A stretch of 62,740 bases of DNA, filler included, from Choristocarpus tenellus KU-1152 (GCA_964200185.2; 8 parts of 8 records of this genome joined end to end with filler, not necessarily neighbours in it), one strand, 5' to 3'. Positions 39,630 to 52,512 are shown, counted from the whole stretch's first letter. A program made the numbers and translations. The notes: a model not told the origin generated them from the letters alone.

Positions 39630-40109
39630 CACATTCAATTTCTCGCACACACTCTCTCTTGAACTGCCCGGCCCATGCTGTTGGAAGGCCATCTAGAACA
39701 ACTACGGCTTCTTCATATTTTCTCTTTATTGTTCTTTTTTTTTTAGTGCCGTGAGGTGGTTGTGTATGATTGTTGTTGGGGATTACTTGAGCATGGCTGG
39801 GTGTCCTGTCCATATCCTTCTTTTTCCCCTTGAGGGTGGATTGTTTGAGCTGTTTTTTACTACTTCTATAGTAGGCATTTTTCTAGTCCCCTCCTTCGTG
39901 TGGCCTACAAGGAAGCCTCCTCGTAGAGCTGGCACTCATTCCCATCCCCCCACATCCTCTGGAAAGGGCTATGTATACATATACTTTCTTGCCTGGAGTT
40001 GTAACTATTGGTCATGGCTGTCAGTGCACACCCCTCATATTTGTGTTGCGCAGATCGGTCAATCAGGACTTTGGTTGAATTTAGCATTAAGCCAAACTGG
40101 GTCTCTCAC

Positions 40110-40385
40110 CTTCAGTTCAATCGATAACTCAGTCACAACTACAGTACTGGGAACAAGTTCCCCTCTCATCCTCGTTACAACTCTTCTGCATCCAGCATTG
40201 TTCTCCCTCCCCTCCAAATACACAACCATTTCCCATCTCTCCCCCCTTTTGCCTCCATTCACTTGCGTCACTTGGTGGGAATTTGCTAACTTCCCTTCTG
40301 GTGGATCGCTAACCATGCAGGGGTGTTGCCCACTGGCGAGGGCTGGTACATGGATCCCATGGGACGTATGGTACTGTACGAGGTA
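40110..40385 (-). CDS. Probable internal exon of an unknown gene
   Basis: CATCAG| acceptor and AAG|GTGAGA donor bound 92 open codons (phase 0/0), YLVQYHTSHG...TELSIELK. Confidence 0.4.
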
Positions 40386-40851
40386 CTGATGTGATGAATT
40401 TTGATACTCCAAGGCAGTCTTTGAGTGTTGTAGCCTGACTGTGGCGTGTCAGAGTTGACAACTATATGCAATTCTGCTTATGTTGATATAATCTACCTTT
40501 GACTTGGAGTGTTCCCCCCCTCCCTCTCCCCCCCTCGCCATGCCATCTGCTGGTGGCTATTTGTGACTGAATGGGACCCCTCCCAACCCTTGGGTGGCTT
40601 GTGACAGCTGAATGAGGCATCGATGTGGATGGTAGCGGATAAGAGGGAGTATGATGAGATTGTTTTGGCAACTTGGCTTGAAGGTCCACACACTCAGAAG
40701 GGGAGAGGCACTCCTCGCCCGATTCGTTCCGTCCCAGCGCAGGGTTCCAGCACCCCTCAGGTGTGAAATGCTCTGTGTTGCTAATGGGACCTGTAGTGCT
40801 CGCAGGAGGTTTTTATCTTGGAGGTGCTCGTGCTCAAGTGTTTGAAAACAT

Positions 40852-40882
<31 letters not shown>

Positions 40883-43147
40883 TTACAGGGAGAAAAGTGG
40901 CAGTCTGCNNNNNNNNNNNNNNNNNNNNNNNNNNNNNNNNNNNNNNNNNNNNTTAATTAATTAANNNNNNNNNNNNNNNNNNNNNNNNNNNNNNNNNNNN
41001 NNNNNNNNGTGTGCTGTGGGGGAGGGTGAGTGATGTCAGGATGCCTTACGTTGTGTCTCCCAAGCACTCCTCTCCCCCAACCTCCCCCACATATGCCTTG
41101 GGGAACATGGTTGCCATTTTTGGTGCACCTCCCATGTATATTTACCAAAATGGTTGGATCTCGAATTCGTACCTGATTGTGCAGCGTAAGGAGGAAGGTA
41201 GGTAGTAGTAACTTGTTTTTTTCTTTTTTTTCTTTGTAGTACTACGACAGTACCTTTGTTGTGCGCTCGACTGGTGTACCCTCATGGAGTCCTCTCTGTC
41301 TGTTGCGGAGGATGATGGACATGCTGATTGACTGGGATGTGTTTGCTGTCAGACATGCACACTGAAGCAAGATACCGACCGTACTTGTGTGATCACTGAT
41401 CCAATGTGTGGGGGAGGTAGGAGGGAGAGCGGCATTGTTTGTGGTATCTGGCATTTGCTTAATTGTCTTGACTTATTTGGACAGGAGAGTCAAGAGCCAC
41501 TACTCCCTCATGGTTGAACCTATAACTTTGTTGAGCGCATGAGAACTAGAGTCTGCGAGACATGTTTGTGAGGCAGTTGTTTTGATTTTTTGCAGCTAGG
41601 TCTTGGGTTATTTTTGGTGAGCTCAAGCTGTGGCTGGGTGGGTTGTGATGGTAGGTACTGATAGGTTGTGTGTTGCATGCCTTTCAACCATTTCTGTGGG
41701 AACAGACTGTTGATTGAAACCGATTCTCTTGCTGAGGAAGGGAGGTAGGAAGCGACCTAATTAATGCCCTTGCTTGGAATGAAGTCTATTACGGAAAGTA
41801 AAAGATAGAGTTCCGGGGACCGTTCCTTGATGGGCCTTTCGGTTGTGTGCTGTAGCTGAGTGGGGAGGCTGTATCGGTGGAAAGGAATGTATTATGTTCT
41901 CAAACGAATTCTGATCACACTCTCTCGAAGATACTTGGTAGAATGTACCTCAACTACTTGTTGCATTATCTGCCTCTCTAAATAGTCTGTGGCTGATCGA
42001 TCTGTTTGTTGTATGTGGTCCGCGCTTGCCATGTTTATACATCTACCGAAACTGAAGGGAGTCCAACAATTCTTGGACTCCCGCAGCAATATCCTACTCA
42101 TTCAATATTGTAGACATTCTGACATTTTTTTTCATTTTTTCTCTACTAATATATATATTTTTTGTTACCTCTTATTATACTACGAGTGCTCTGCTTTTTT
42201 ACGTAAATATTTTAGTCGTTTTGAGTTTGTCTGGCACTACTATCACAGGGTTTTGAAATAATAAATATAAAGACTGTTGTCGAGTCGATGACAAGGAGAA
42301 TTTTTACTGTGCTTACTTGGGAGGTGGCTGTATATCCTTACCATATGACAGAGAGATGGTACAGACAGTCGATAGTAAGAAAATAAGTTCTCTGCATACC
42401 CTCTTACGGTTTGCCTCTGTTATGGATGTGTAAGAATTTAGTTCAGAAGCATTCTATGTTTATGTCGGGTAGCGCATTGGTTGGGAAATTGGTAGGGATC
42501 GTGCAGACAGTTTGTTCAAAGCAAGCTGCCATAATCCTTCTGTGGTGGCAGATTGTGTCCATAAACGTCCTACTCAGTCCATTTTTCAAGGGGAGTCTGA
42601 TTGTTAACACCATCTATCTCACACGCTGCTTCGTCTTGGGGAAGCTCTTCCGACCAAGCATACAGTGCTTCCACACTTGATGGGTATGGCATGACATGAC
42701 AGTGATTTTGTCATTAGTGAGATGCACCTCTTGGTGAAGAGATGGAGAGAAGGCATTTATTTACCTCGTAACAGGTTCTTCTAACGGGTTCAGGTTAAAC
42801 AAATCTTCTTACACTACACTTCAAAAAGTATGCTAAAACATACACTTTGAGTATTATCGTTGTTGCCTTCAAATCGATTAAAAAAAAGTAGGTAAACCTA
42901 TTTTGGATACAGTAGATTAAATCGGAGAGATGGTATATTGTGTGGGAAGAAACAATCGACCATCATGTATTTATTTGTTGTGGTGTGTATTAGAGTTTAT
43001 CACCATGCTTGTTTCAAGATGCATACAAGCACGATGTTGGTACTTGAATTGTAGGCGGATGGTCTTTTTAGTTTGTGGAGCATTGGCGTCACTTGACATC
43101 AGTATATCATTTGTAGTGCAGTGCTGTCTCTTGTCAGAACAACAACA

Positions 43148-43369
43148 GTTTTACTCAAGCATCATTACCGTTCAAACCATTACCGTTTTACTCAAGCATC
43201 ATTACCGTTCAAACCATTACCGTTTTACTCAAGCATCATTACCGTTCAAACCATTACCGTTTTACTCAAGCATCATTACCGTTCGAACCATTACCGTTTT
43301 ACTCAAGCATCATTAACGTTCAAACCATTACCGTTTTACTCAAGCATCATTACCGTTCGAACCATTACC
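43148..43369. repeat. 37-bp minisatellite, 6 copies (GTTTTACTCAAGCATCATTACCGTTCAAACCATTACC)
   Basis: Six head-to-tail units with three substitutions in total and no spacers. Confidence 0.95.
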
Positions 43370-44198
43370 GCCAGAAATTAAACCTAACAAATTGTTGGTC
43401 CGGAACTCTGTTTGCATTCTGAGTTGAAAAGATATGTACAGTGGTACATTGTTCTACCAGAAAAGGCGTTACACTAGACTCGCAGTTTTCCCAACTGGCG
43501 AGCTGGCAGGTCCATTACATTTTCTTCTCTAAGCACCCTGGTCTATAGTCTCTTCAAAAGATACCTACTAGTTTATCTGCTGTTGTACTTGGGTACATGC
43601 ATGTTTTGGTTGTTTGGGGCTTGTTTACTGTCTCCATCACCTACAAAAACAATGGTAACAAAGCTAGGTATCCAAATGGTAATCACCCTGACCTTGTAGC
43701 AGTTTTTATATTTCCCCCTCCTGAGGATACCTGAAGCACATCCAAGATACAACTAGTACAGAGTTAATTTATTATTACATTGTAGACACATGTAGAAAAT
43801 GCTGTTTCTCTTCCCGTTCATTGCATTTTCCGCTTGGCTTGCTTAGTATTACACCCAACTTCCATCAGTGGGATGAGTGTGGCCCACCTTGTTGGCTAGC
43901 TAATACACTGTGATTGTGGAGTTGCCTGTAAGCTCACTGCAACTCGACAACTATATTGGATTGGATATTGCGTATCACAGAGTATTATTATTTGATCAAT
44001 CTTGCTATAAAGAGGGTCCATGTTCATGTGTCCTCTTTCCTCCTTCTCTTGGTTCGGAGGATACTTCCCTCTGGTGGATTCTTTTGTGCTCCCAGTATGT
44101 CCCCCCAACACAGTGCACATTCAGAGCAATCAACCATGGTTGATTATGATGTTCTTCACCTCATCCCATGAAGAAAAACTTAGCAGGCGGGTTGATTC

Positions 44199-44377
44199 GG
44201 CTCAGATTATCTGGAGGGGGGTGGCGGCCGTCCAATTGGGACCAATTTTTTCATGTCGCGATTTTTGGGTGATGTGGTTCCGTATGTTGGATGGATAATG
44301 AAAGCGCACTTTTCTTGGTTTTGGTCCAAATGGACATTTTGGTGTAGACTCCCCCCCCCCCCCAGATACTTTGGGGC
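44199..44377. mobile_element. MITE family B, full copy
   Basis: GGCTCAGATTATCTGGAGGGG...CCCCCAGATACTTTGGGGC. A further right terminus lies at 44525-44550. Confidence 0.85.
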
Positions 44378-44599
44378 TTACCAATAATGAACACAGACAG
44401 TGCAAGTACAATACCACAACAGAANNNNNNNNNNNNNNNNNNNNNNNNNNNNNNNNNNNNNNNNNNNNTTAATTAATTAANNNNNNNNNNNNNNNNNNNN
44501 NNNNNNNNNNNNNNNNNNNNNNNNCCCCCCCCTCCCAGATACTTTGGGTCACCAGGGAGAAGGTTGAATCCATCTCGATCAGAGAGTCCCGAACGTGCT

Positions 44600-45449
44600 G
44601 GACATAATCAAGAGGATGGCTTCATCGGTGCAGGCAATGACGGAGTATAGGCGAGATTATACTTATGACTGGCGGCCCCACCCCTACCTGCCAGAGTCCA
44701 GGGACAAAAGCGAACATTCCAGGTTTGGGGGTTGCCGGTGAAGTAGTGCAACCAGTACTGCCTTGAGGGCATAGACTTCAAGGGCAATAAGCTGCACATT
44801 CCAGGTGGTCATCATCAGGAGGAGGGTTGCCGTCAAGATAATGGCATTCCTCAAGGAGACCTGGGGGGACACCGATTTAGAGAGCGGGATCATGGAAGTC
44901 ACAGACCACACCGTGTCTGAATTCTTCAAGTCCATGACCACCCTTGTCCAGATATGTGCGGACGAAGGTAAAGTTTCGCTGACTCTTTTTCGTGGAAGTG
45001 TTTCTGGCAATCATTAGGAATTCAGAATCAATGCGTTTTTCTTATCCACGTAGATTAAAGAGCCAAAGTATCTTAGAGGGTAGATCCGCGTCCATTTGGG
45101 GCCCAAAATCCAATGTTGTGATTTGATATGTTTTTGGCTATCGTGTTTGTTAGGAAGTGTCAATACCCTTGTTCCGGACACACCTTTCCATAGCATATAC
45201 ATTTTACCTACTCGAAATATTTTGGAGTAGGAATATTTCATAAAAAAAAACATGGAAGCCAAGCCCCAAAATGGACAAACAGGGCAAAACTCGTACCCTC
45301 TAAGATACTTTCACTCAAAACAACTTTGGCATGGACGACTAACCACTCTCCTTCTTTCGTTGACCTCACTCCCTTCGACCAGAAATGGACGAGTTCGAGA
45401 ACATTCTTACTCGGCTTATGGAGAGAGCACAAGAAGTGCAACAGTTCGA
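44600..45449 (+). pseudogene. Decayed spliced coding sequence interrupted by MITE A and MITE B
   Basis: GC3-rich segment VIIRRRVAVKIMAFLKETWGD...QICADE|GTAAAG and an acceptor CCACGTAG at 45053. After removing the MITE it reads ...PEMDEFENILTRLMERAQEVQQF with in-frame stops. Confidence 0.35.
45060..45316 (+). mobile_element. MITE family A, full copy
   Basis: GAGCCAAAGTATCTTAGAGGGTA...TACCCTCTAAGATACTTTCACTC; flanks TAAA/AAAA. Confidence 0.9.
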
Positions 45450-45626
45450 GGCTCAAAGTATATGGAGAAGGGTGGCGGCTATCTATTTGGGGTCATTTTT
45501 CATATCGCGATTTTCGGGTGATTTGGTTGCATACTTCGGATGGATAATGTAAGCACAATTTTTCTGTTTTTGGACCAAATAGACACCCTGGTGTAGACCG
45601 CCCCGCCCCCCCAGATACTTTGGGTC
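45450..45626. mobile_element. MITE family B, full copy
   Basis: Family B TIRs; flanks TCGA/TCCA (4-bp TSD with one mismatch). Confidence 0.85.
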
Positions 45627-46411
45627 TCCAGTGTAAGTGCATTACCGCCTTGCCCATACTTGAACATTAAATGTCTCCAATTGAGGCAGTCCAACAACAC
45701 CACACTCACACTGTATGTAGCCATCTTAATTTTAGATATCCGGTTTGTACCTTTGTATCACACCATGTAATTTGCAGTACAAAAGTAACCAACATCTCTC
45801 CTTATATTCCCACGTGTTCTCCTATACTAATCCGGTTGCCTTCTCTTTCGCACACTGTACATATCTCCGCGTAGGACAAGTTCGACTTTAGGGCGGTGCA
45901 CTCATTCACTATGTTTTGGTATACTAACTAGGATGTGACGATGGAGTCCCTCAGGAAAGTGGCGGGTTCACCCACATATACAAGACACAGGTGGGCTGCA
46001 TATCCCCGTAGTACTTGATGCCTGTGTCAATGCATCTGTGTCATTATGCAAGATGACATCCGTACTTCCTAACAAGAATGTTATCCGATCGTAACATTGC
46101 GTACTTTTCCCGTTTCTGAATGGCATATGTTCGTCTCTCCCCATGTGTAGCTCACGAAGGAGATCAGGATGCAACAGTTTGTAAGAATGTTTTTGCTGGG
46201 GAAGGACTTTCTCTCCTTAGAGGGAAGAATCCTCAGTAAGACGAGTGGAACAACATTGTGAAGGTAGCTGCGCATGTTTTCTCAGATGAGGCAGCCAAGA
46301 GACTCACATCATCAAACATACTCTCCCTCTCCTCTATGTAGTCGGCACAGAGACCTTCCCAGAGGAATGGGTAGGTCCAACTTTGGTTGAAATGTTTGGT
46401 CTCTTGTATAA

Positions 46412-46670
46412 GAGCCAAAGTATCTTAGAGGGTAGAGCAGTGTCCGTTTGGGGGCCAAAATCCAATGTTACGAATTTGATGTAATTTTGGTTATCGTGTT
46501 TGCTAGGAAGTGTTAATGTCTTTGTTCCTGAAAAACCTTTTCATAACGTATACACTTTACCTACTCCTAAACATTTTGGAGTAGGAAAATGTCACTAAAA
46601 AACCTATTGGATGCCAAGCTCCAAATGGAAAAACAGGGCCAAATTCATACCCTCTAAGATACTTTCACTC
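46412..46670 (+). mobile_element. MITE family A, full copy, TSD ATAA
   Basis: Complete TIRs with ATAA duplicated on both sides. Confidence 0.92.
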
Positions 46671-46722
46671 ATAAATGCATGTGCATCAGACTGATGCAGT
46701 CGCTACATTACCTATCATCTGA

Positions 46723-47226
46723 GAGTGAAAGTATCCTAGACGGTACGAGTTTCGCTCTGTTTGTCCTTTTGGGGCTTGGTTTCCCATAGGTATTTCTTAT
46801 GACATTATACCTACTCTGTTAAGGTGTCCTTGACGATCTGTTGTCCCACATAACCAGTTATATTATTGTTTATTAGCTAGTATCAGAGTTGAGAAGAGAG
46901 TGAGACACCATCTGTAGATACGGCTCACCAAACCTTACTGCAAATAATTCAGAATACCAAATGACCCAACAGTTCTCTAGAACACTTCAGAAACACTCCA
47001 ATTCTAATATTCCACAAAACTTCTTCTGGTCAAATACCCCATATAATATCCCGAATGTCCCCTCCATCATCGTTTGTACGTACATTCAATATGTTATGAA
47101 ATGGCGTGTGCGAAGAAAGATATTGACACTTCCTAACAAACAACATAGCCAAAATTACATCAAAATCGCAATGTTGGATTTTGGCGCGAAACGGACGCGG
47201 CTCTACCCTCTAAGATATTTTGACTT
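46723..47226 (-). mobile_element. MITE family A copy, TSD CTGA, carrying a ~270-bp insert (46817-47088)
   Basis: Both halves of the MITE are present and CTGA is duplicated on both sides. The insert begins TGTTAAGG at the MITE's internal hairpin. Confidence 0.85.
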
Positions 47227-47230
47227 CTGA

Positions 47231-47734
47231 AGGTTGTCCAGACGAGACAGGTGACTCCGACGTACATGCAATTTACTTGACCACCTCCATGCACTCCTCA
47301 GTGGTAATTCTCCTAGACTCTCAGGGGAGTTAGGAACCAGCCTCCGAAATCTGATCATGAAAACAACAAACCTAAGAGGAGACTGGAAAAGGGGAAGAAG
47401 AACAGGACGAAGGAGAACGACCCTAGCTTCAAGGCTGCACAAGAGATAGAGCTAGAACTATCTTTGGACACAGAGAAACTTTGTGTCGTGTATGCGAGGA
47501 GAATGCACCTTAAGCGTGTGCTCATGAAAGGGGATGTCCTCGAGGCTGCAAGTGCAGGCCCTGAACGAGCTCAGGACGAAAGATGAGCTCAGGATCGACC
47601 CTCACTCCTCCGACAGAACGACTGCCAACCCTGGTCCAAAGAAACCTTACATCCTGTCCGAAAATGTATCTGGGGGAGTGTGTGGCTTGTACTCTCGTCC
47701 TTCGTTTGTATTACCATTCGTAATCCTTTAAACA
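47231..47734. mobile_element. Possible LTR fragment
   Basis: Ends ...TCGTTTGTATTACCATTCGTAATCCTTTAAACA. This resembles the end of the 46817-47088 insert and is roughly complementary to its TGTTAAGG start. Confidence 0.3.
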
Positions 47735-47992
47735 GAGTGAAAGTACCTTAGAGGGTACGAGCTTTGCCCTGTTTGTCCATATGGGGTTTAGCTTCCAATG
47801 AATTCTTTATGAAATTTTCCTACTCCAAAATGTTTCAGGGTAGGTAAAGTGTAGATGTTGTGAAAAGGTGTATCTGGGACATGGATATTGACACTTTAAT
47901 ATTAATATGATAGCCAAATTTACTTTAAAATCGCAACATTGGATTTTGGTCCTCAAATGGACGCGGCTCTACCCTCTAAGATGCTTTGGCTC
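47735..47992 (-). mobile_element. MITE family A, full copy
   Basis: GAGTGAAAGTACCTTAGAGGGTAC...TACCCTCTAAGATGCTTTGGCTC; flanks AACA/AAAA. Confidence 0.9.
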
Positions 47993-50900
47993 AAAACTCT
48001 GAAACTGGAAGGTGAAAAAGGAACTTGTGTTGCGGGATGTGGAAAAGGGTGATCTATTCCTTAACACTGCCAAATTGTGCGAGGGTGTTACCCTTAACGT
48101 TGGTGGTGAAGATGAAGGCAAGCACGATAACATCGTCTGACAGCAAAATATGTAAACTTCACACATTCTTATTCTCCTCCACCCGACCGTTTCATCTCTC
48201 ATGCGGTTTCATTCCCTTGATTACATACTTTTCACACTCTCCATTGCTCTAGGTCTACGTGTATCTCATGTGTTTAAAACCAGATGACCAATGCATCAGC
48301 ATATTTGTGCGTTGAAGGTGTTGCATCTTTTGGCATGGGACATCATACACTGCCTGTTTCTGTCCTTGAACGTTTTATATTGTGTGACTGTATCTGTTTT
48401 CTACCTCTGTCGCTGTTAGTGTTTATCTTTGGAAATTTTGAACCTTTCCATCTTCCATAAATCCCACCAACCACGACTAAATCATTCTAAAGATTTGTTT
48501 AGGTTCCATTCCAAATGTCCGAACATATTTTATCCTTCGTGTATTACATCTTCTAGAAAATCGCATTTATATATTTACTCATATACGACACATAGACAAG
48601 AATCCAACGTTGATGAAATATTGAGTCAATTTTTGTTCGGGACTTCAGGACAAAGTCAATATTTGTAGAAAAGCTCCCATCATCCGATAACCAAATAAAC
48701 ACATTGCTTTTTAACTGCAGATAATTGTCCGCGAAAATCGTCCATTGTTGTTTAACGTCGATTTCCTTTGATTCTTCCTTTGTCCCGACGTTTACTGTCG
48801 CAGAGTTCAGCCGTGCAACTCACATCATCATTAGACCAGACAGTAACATAACAACCAAACATAATGTGGGGGAGGCACTCGACAAAACCCGTGTGTCACA
48901 CATGAACGCAATAGCGAACTTACTAACCCAACCAGGGGCAGCATTATTACATACACCGCTCTGGACAGTAATCACGACCCAGGCAGAACATGTGAAACTC
49001 CTCATTCAGAACCTCTCCAAGTTCTGCATGTTTACATCCTCCAAGACACACTCGTGGAGAGTAGCAAATTGAGACCTGTTGGTAGTGGAGGACTCGATTC
49101 CGAGAGTGATAAAGGGGAAGAGGAGATGCCAACACTTCTGCCGACAGAAGATTAGAGAGGGGAGCACATAGCACCGATGACGTTGCTAGCCCGGGTAGCA
49201 ATCTCCGGGCTGCTGGGGACTTCAAATACACATCCAAACTATCCGATAGCAACAGCTCATGAATCGTAAGCAACGAGTTGCACAAGGGCAGGGATCAGGA
49301 TGATGTGCTACGCCGTTGAGTCAGGAGGATGCAGAACGTCAAGAGGAGTGGAAGCCACTCTGAGTGTGGCCTGGCAAATGCACGATCAGAGGATGATTCT
49401 CCTTGCCATGGTAACCTAGTCAAGAACAAGTGTTTTGGACTTTGCAGCGAAGATGATGATGAAGCCATACCCGAAATGCTGAGTAAAAATCACGGATCTA
49501 TGGTTGGGAGGAAGGATTCCACAAAGTTTCCAATAATCGATACAGTCAACATAAGCTCGGATGAAGAGATAAACGGTTCTGATGAGGGTGGACCAAGTGC
49601 TATGAAGGAGATCAATTTTCAATGTTAATCTCGTCCCGGATGTAGAAAAAAAGGTGCTGAAGGAAAGCGTGAAACCAATGATATTGACGAGGTTGGAGAA
49701 AGGGGTAGGAGGATCACTGACGCCGACTCAACAGAATGTAGGGTTGTCCAGAAATTGTCTGTTTGCTCTGGCAAGGACAAGCCTTCTGCAACGAGGGAAA
49801 AAATCGCCGAGACCACCCTTTTCAAATAGGAAGGAGAAGTCAACAACAGATGTAGGACAGGCCGTACAAAGTGAGGAGGTTCATGGAAAGGATAGATGTG
49901 AAGGACCCCCAATATCTTTTCTTACGAATATTTTTGCTTCTGTTCGTGAAAACAGAGACACAGGCACAGACATGGCAGACAGGAGGACGGATCAGGGAGT
50001 GGCACCCGTCACTAATGGGGTAAGTGATGCAGGACAGGAGGATGAACGCGGAGACGACGATTCTGGATCCTGTGGTAACCCATGCGTTGGACTCCAATCT
50101 GATATAGAACATAGGAAAAATAGAAGTGTTCATGGAGGCTTGCACATTGGAACTCCTCCGATCGGCCAAGAAATCGACAACTTTGCACTACCGCGTGCAA
50201 ACCCAGATCTTCCAACATATCATACATGGTCATGGGTTTAAGCCATATGAAGGCTGGCAAATTCGCAAAGAACATTGTACAGGATGGCTATTGCTACGTC
50301 CACAAGGGCATCCTGGATGCGTTGAGTGGTGGTGGTGCAAACGTGAGGAGAACGCTGTGTGTAGAGGATGTCGAAGCCCTCCATGAAAAAAAGGCTATAT
50401 GCCTCAACTTGGTGAAGGCAGAGACATGGAACGAGAGGTATTCCACACTAATGAACTTATGTCACCGTTTAACTAAGGCTTACCCTAAACTCGTTGACTG
50501 GTGGCAGAAGGGCCGCGAGTGCGACTGTTACAGGCGCCCCTCAATGCTCACCTTTCAGGATGTACAACTCAAATCCAACCACCTCAAAACGACGNNNNNN
50601 NNNNNNNNNNNNNNNNNNNNNNNNNNNNNNNNNNNNNNTTAATTAATTAANNNNNNNNNNNNNNNNNNNNNNNNNNNNNNNNNNNNNNNNNNNNGGCATT
50701 AAGAGGAAGGGAAGGAGGGGAGTAAGATGGTTTCCGGGTGGGAAGGGGGGGGGAGGGGGGGGGGGGGTGGAACATGCAAGTATCCATTGTAGTAGAGGGG
50801 TTATATATCATAGGACTATCGAGTATTGAATGGAATAGGGCTACGGTACAATGGGCTGTGTCATGCCGGGGGGTCTGGATGTTTGATGTCTCCGTCTTAT

Positions 50901-51407
50901 TCTTTTCCCATACATACCATCAGCAAATTGTGTGTTCACTGCAAACCAAGTTTTGGTGAATGTAGGGTGCGCCCTTGCTTGGCACTCTTCTTCTCAACCT
51001 CTTGAGTCTGCCTCCCCTGCATCGAGATCATGTTTTCGCGATTGACTGTCCCACCCACCATGTCCTTATTAGTCCATCGTCTTGCCTTTCTGCACGTATT
51101 CTCATGTGACTTGGTGAGTGACTCCATCCCCCTTCGGATGATGCCAACAGAAATGAAGTAGTATTTTATTTTGGCAATATCGAGTACATCCCGTTGGCCC
51201 AATTCAACATGCAGGCTATCTCATTGGTTTAAGTGTTGCTTTTCATACCAAACATGTAACTGCCACATCTTGGCACACCTGTCCTTTTCTTTCAAGTACC
51301 CATTCATTGCTGCCTGACCCCTCCTACAAATTGAGACCCCGCCAACTCCTCCCCCTCCCCCCTTCGCCTGACCTCCTCAAACCCCCTTTCCTCAAACCCA
51401 CTAATAG

Positions 51408-52512
51408 GAACCTACTTCCCTGCTATCTCCCTGTACATGGGGGGCAAGGTGAGGGTCAACTTTGGACCTGCTTTTGTATACCCTCCGGCTTCTACACTTA
51501 GATGCAAGGCAGTTTCAAGCCTGAAGCATATGCCCAAGGAAGACATAAAGGTGAATGATGACCCTCATAGAGGTCCGTCATGCTTGTGAAATGTCCAAGT
51601 ACTACCAATTTGCCTCTTTTGTTTTTGTTTTTGTTTTTCATAGAATGTGCAGGTCTTTGTACTGGCTCTATTTAGCTGGCCCTGTGCTGGACCAATCACC
51701 TTACGGTACGAATACAAGCTTGACACGGTGTAGTGATTGTGAGATAGCATCTCGAACCAGTGTACAGGTCTGCTGTTCTTTCACCTTACTTGACGAACAT
51801 TTCTACCTGCAAACAACATACACAGATTAGATATTTTTTAAGCCGTGTGTAGACATGTATAAAGGGTAGAGACTCAAGATTGTAACAGAATGAGATACAT
51901 GGTTTTGTCTGCTACAAGTTCATCGGTGTATATTTGTGTAGAGTCGGCTTGGTTGAGGGTTAGGGTTTCTTTGCTCCTGTAGGAGTACTTCAAACTGTAT
52001 TCTGTACTACTCTGTATGTTATTGAGTGGGGAAAGCAATAACTCTTTGAGTGGTGGATTGGCTCAAAGTATCTGGGGGGGTGGTGGCTGTCCATTTGAGG
52101 TCATTTTTTTCATGTCGCGATTTTTGGGTGATTTGGTTGTACATGTCGGGTGGATAATGTAAATGCGCTTTTCCTGATTTTGGTCCAAATGGACACCCTC
52201 GTGTAGACCCCCCACCCCCACCCCCCAGACACTTTGGTTCATTTATGCAATGAAGTGTTTTCATCTCACTACCCTGACTTCATCGTCCACCCCACCCACC
52301 CCAATCACTCGCAGGCACAGCGACAGAGAGTTGAGGAGGAGCGACTTGCCAAACGAGGCCATAGTGCATCCCCTACCTCAACAGTTTCCACCAACAGTGT
52401 AGGTGCTGGGAATGTGGGGGGCAAGAACAGCAGTGGTGGTGGCAGTGGCAGTGGCAGTGGCATCAGCTTCACCTCTCCTAGAGCTTCAGGGGTAGGTGTG
52501 CAGTTGCATTGA
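51408..52512 (+). CDS. ASH2: ASH2/Bre2-like SPRY-domain COMPASS subunit, 3' part; exons 51408-51550 and 52315-52512 (or spliced at 52491)
   Basis: GTYFPAISLYMGGKVRVNFGPAFVYPP matches the end of the ASH2L/TRAUCO-type SPRY domain. Phase-0 join to AQRQRVEEERLAKR. The 5' exons presumably lie beyond the spacer. Confidence 0.7.
52060..52240. mobile_element. MITE family B, full copy in the ASH2-like intron
   Basis: GGCTCAAAGTATCTGGGGGGG...CCCCCCAGACACTTTGGTTC. Confidence 0.85.

Noticed and set aside
43148-43369. CRISPR array
   Set aside because: The 37-bp units are directly adjacent with no unique spacers, there are no cas genes, and the context is eukaryotic.
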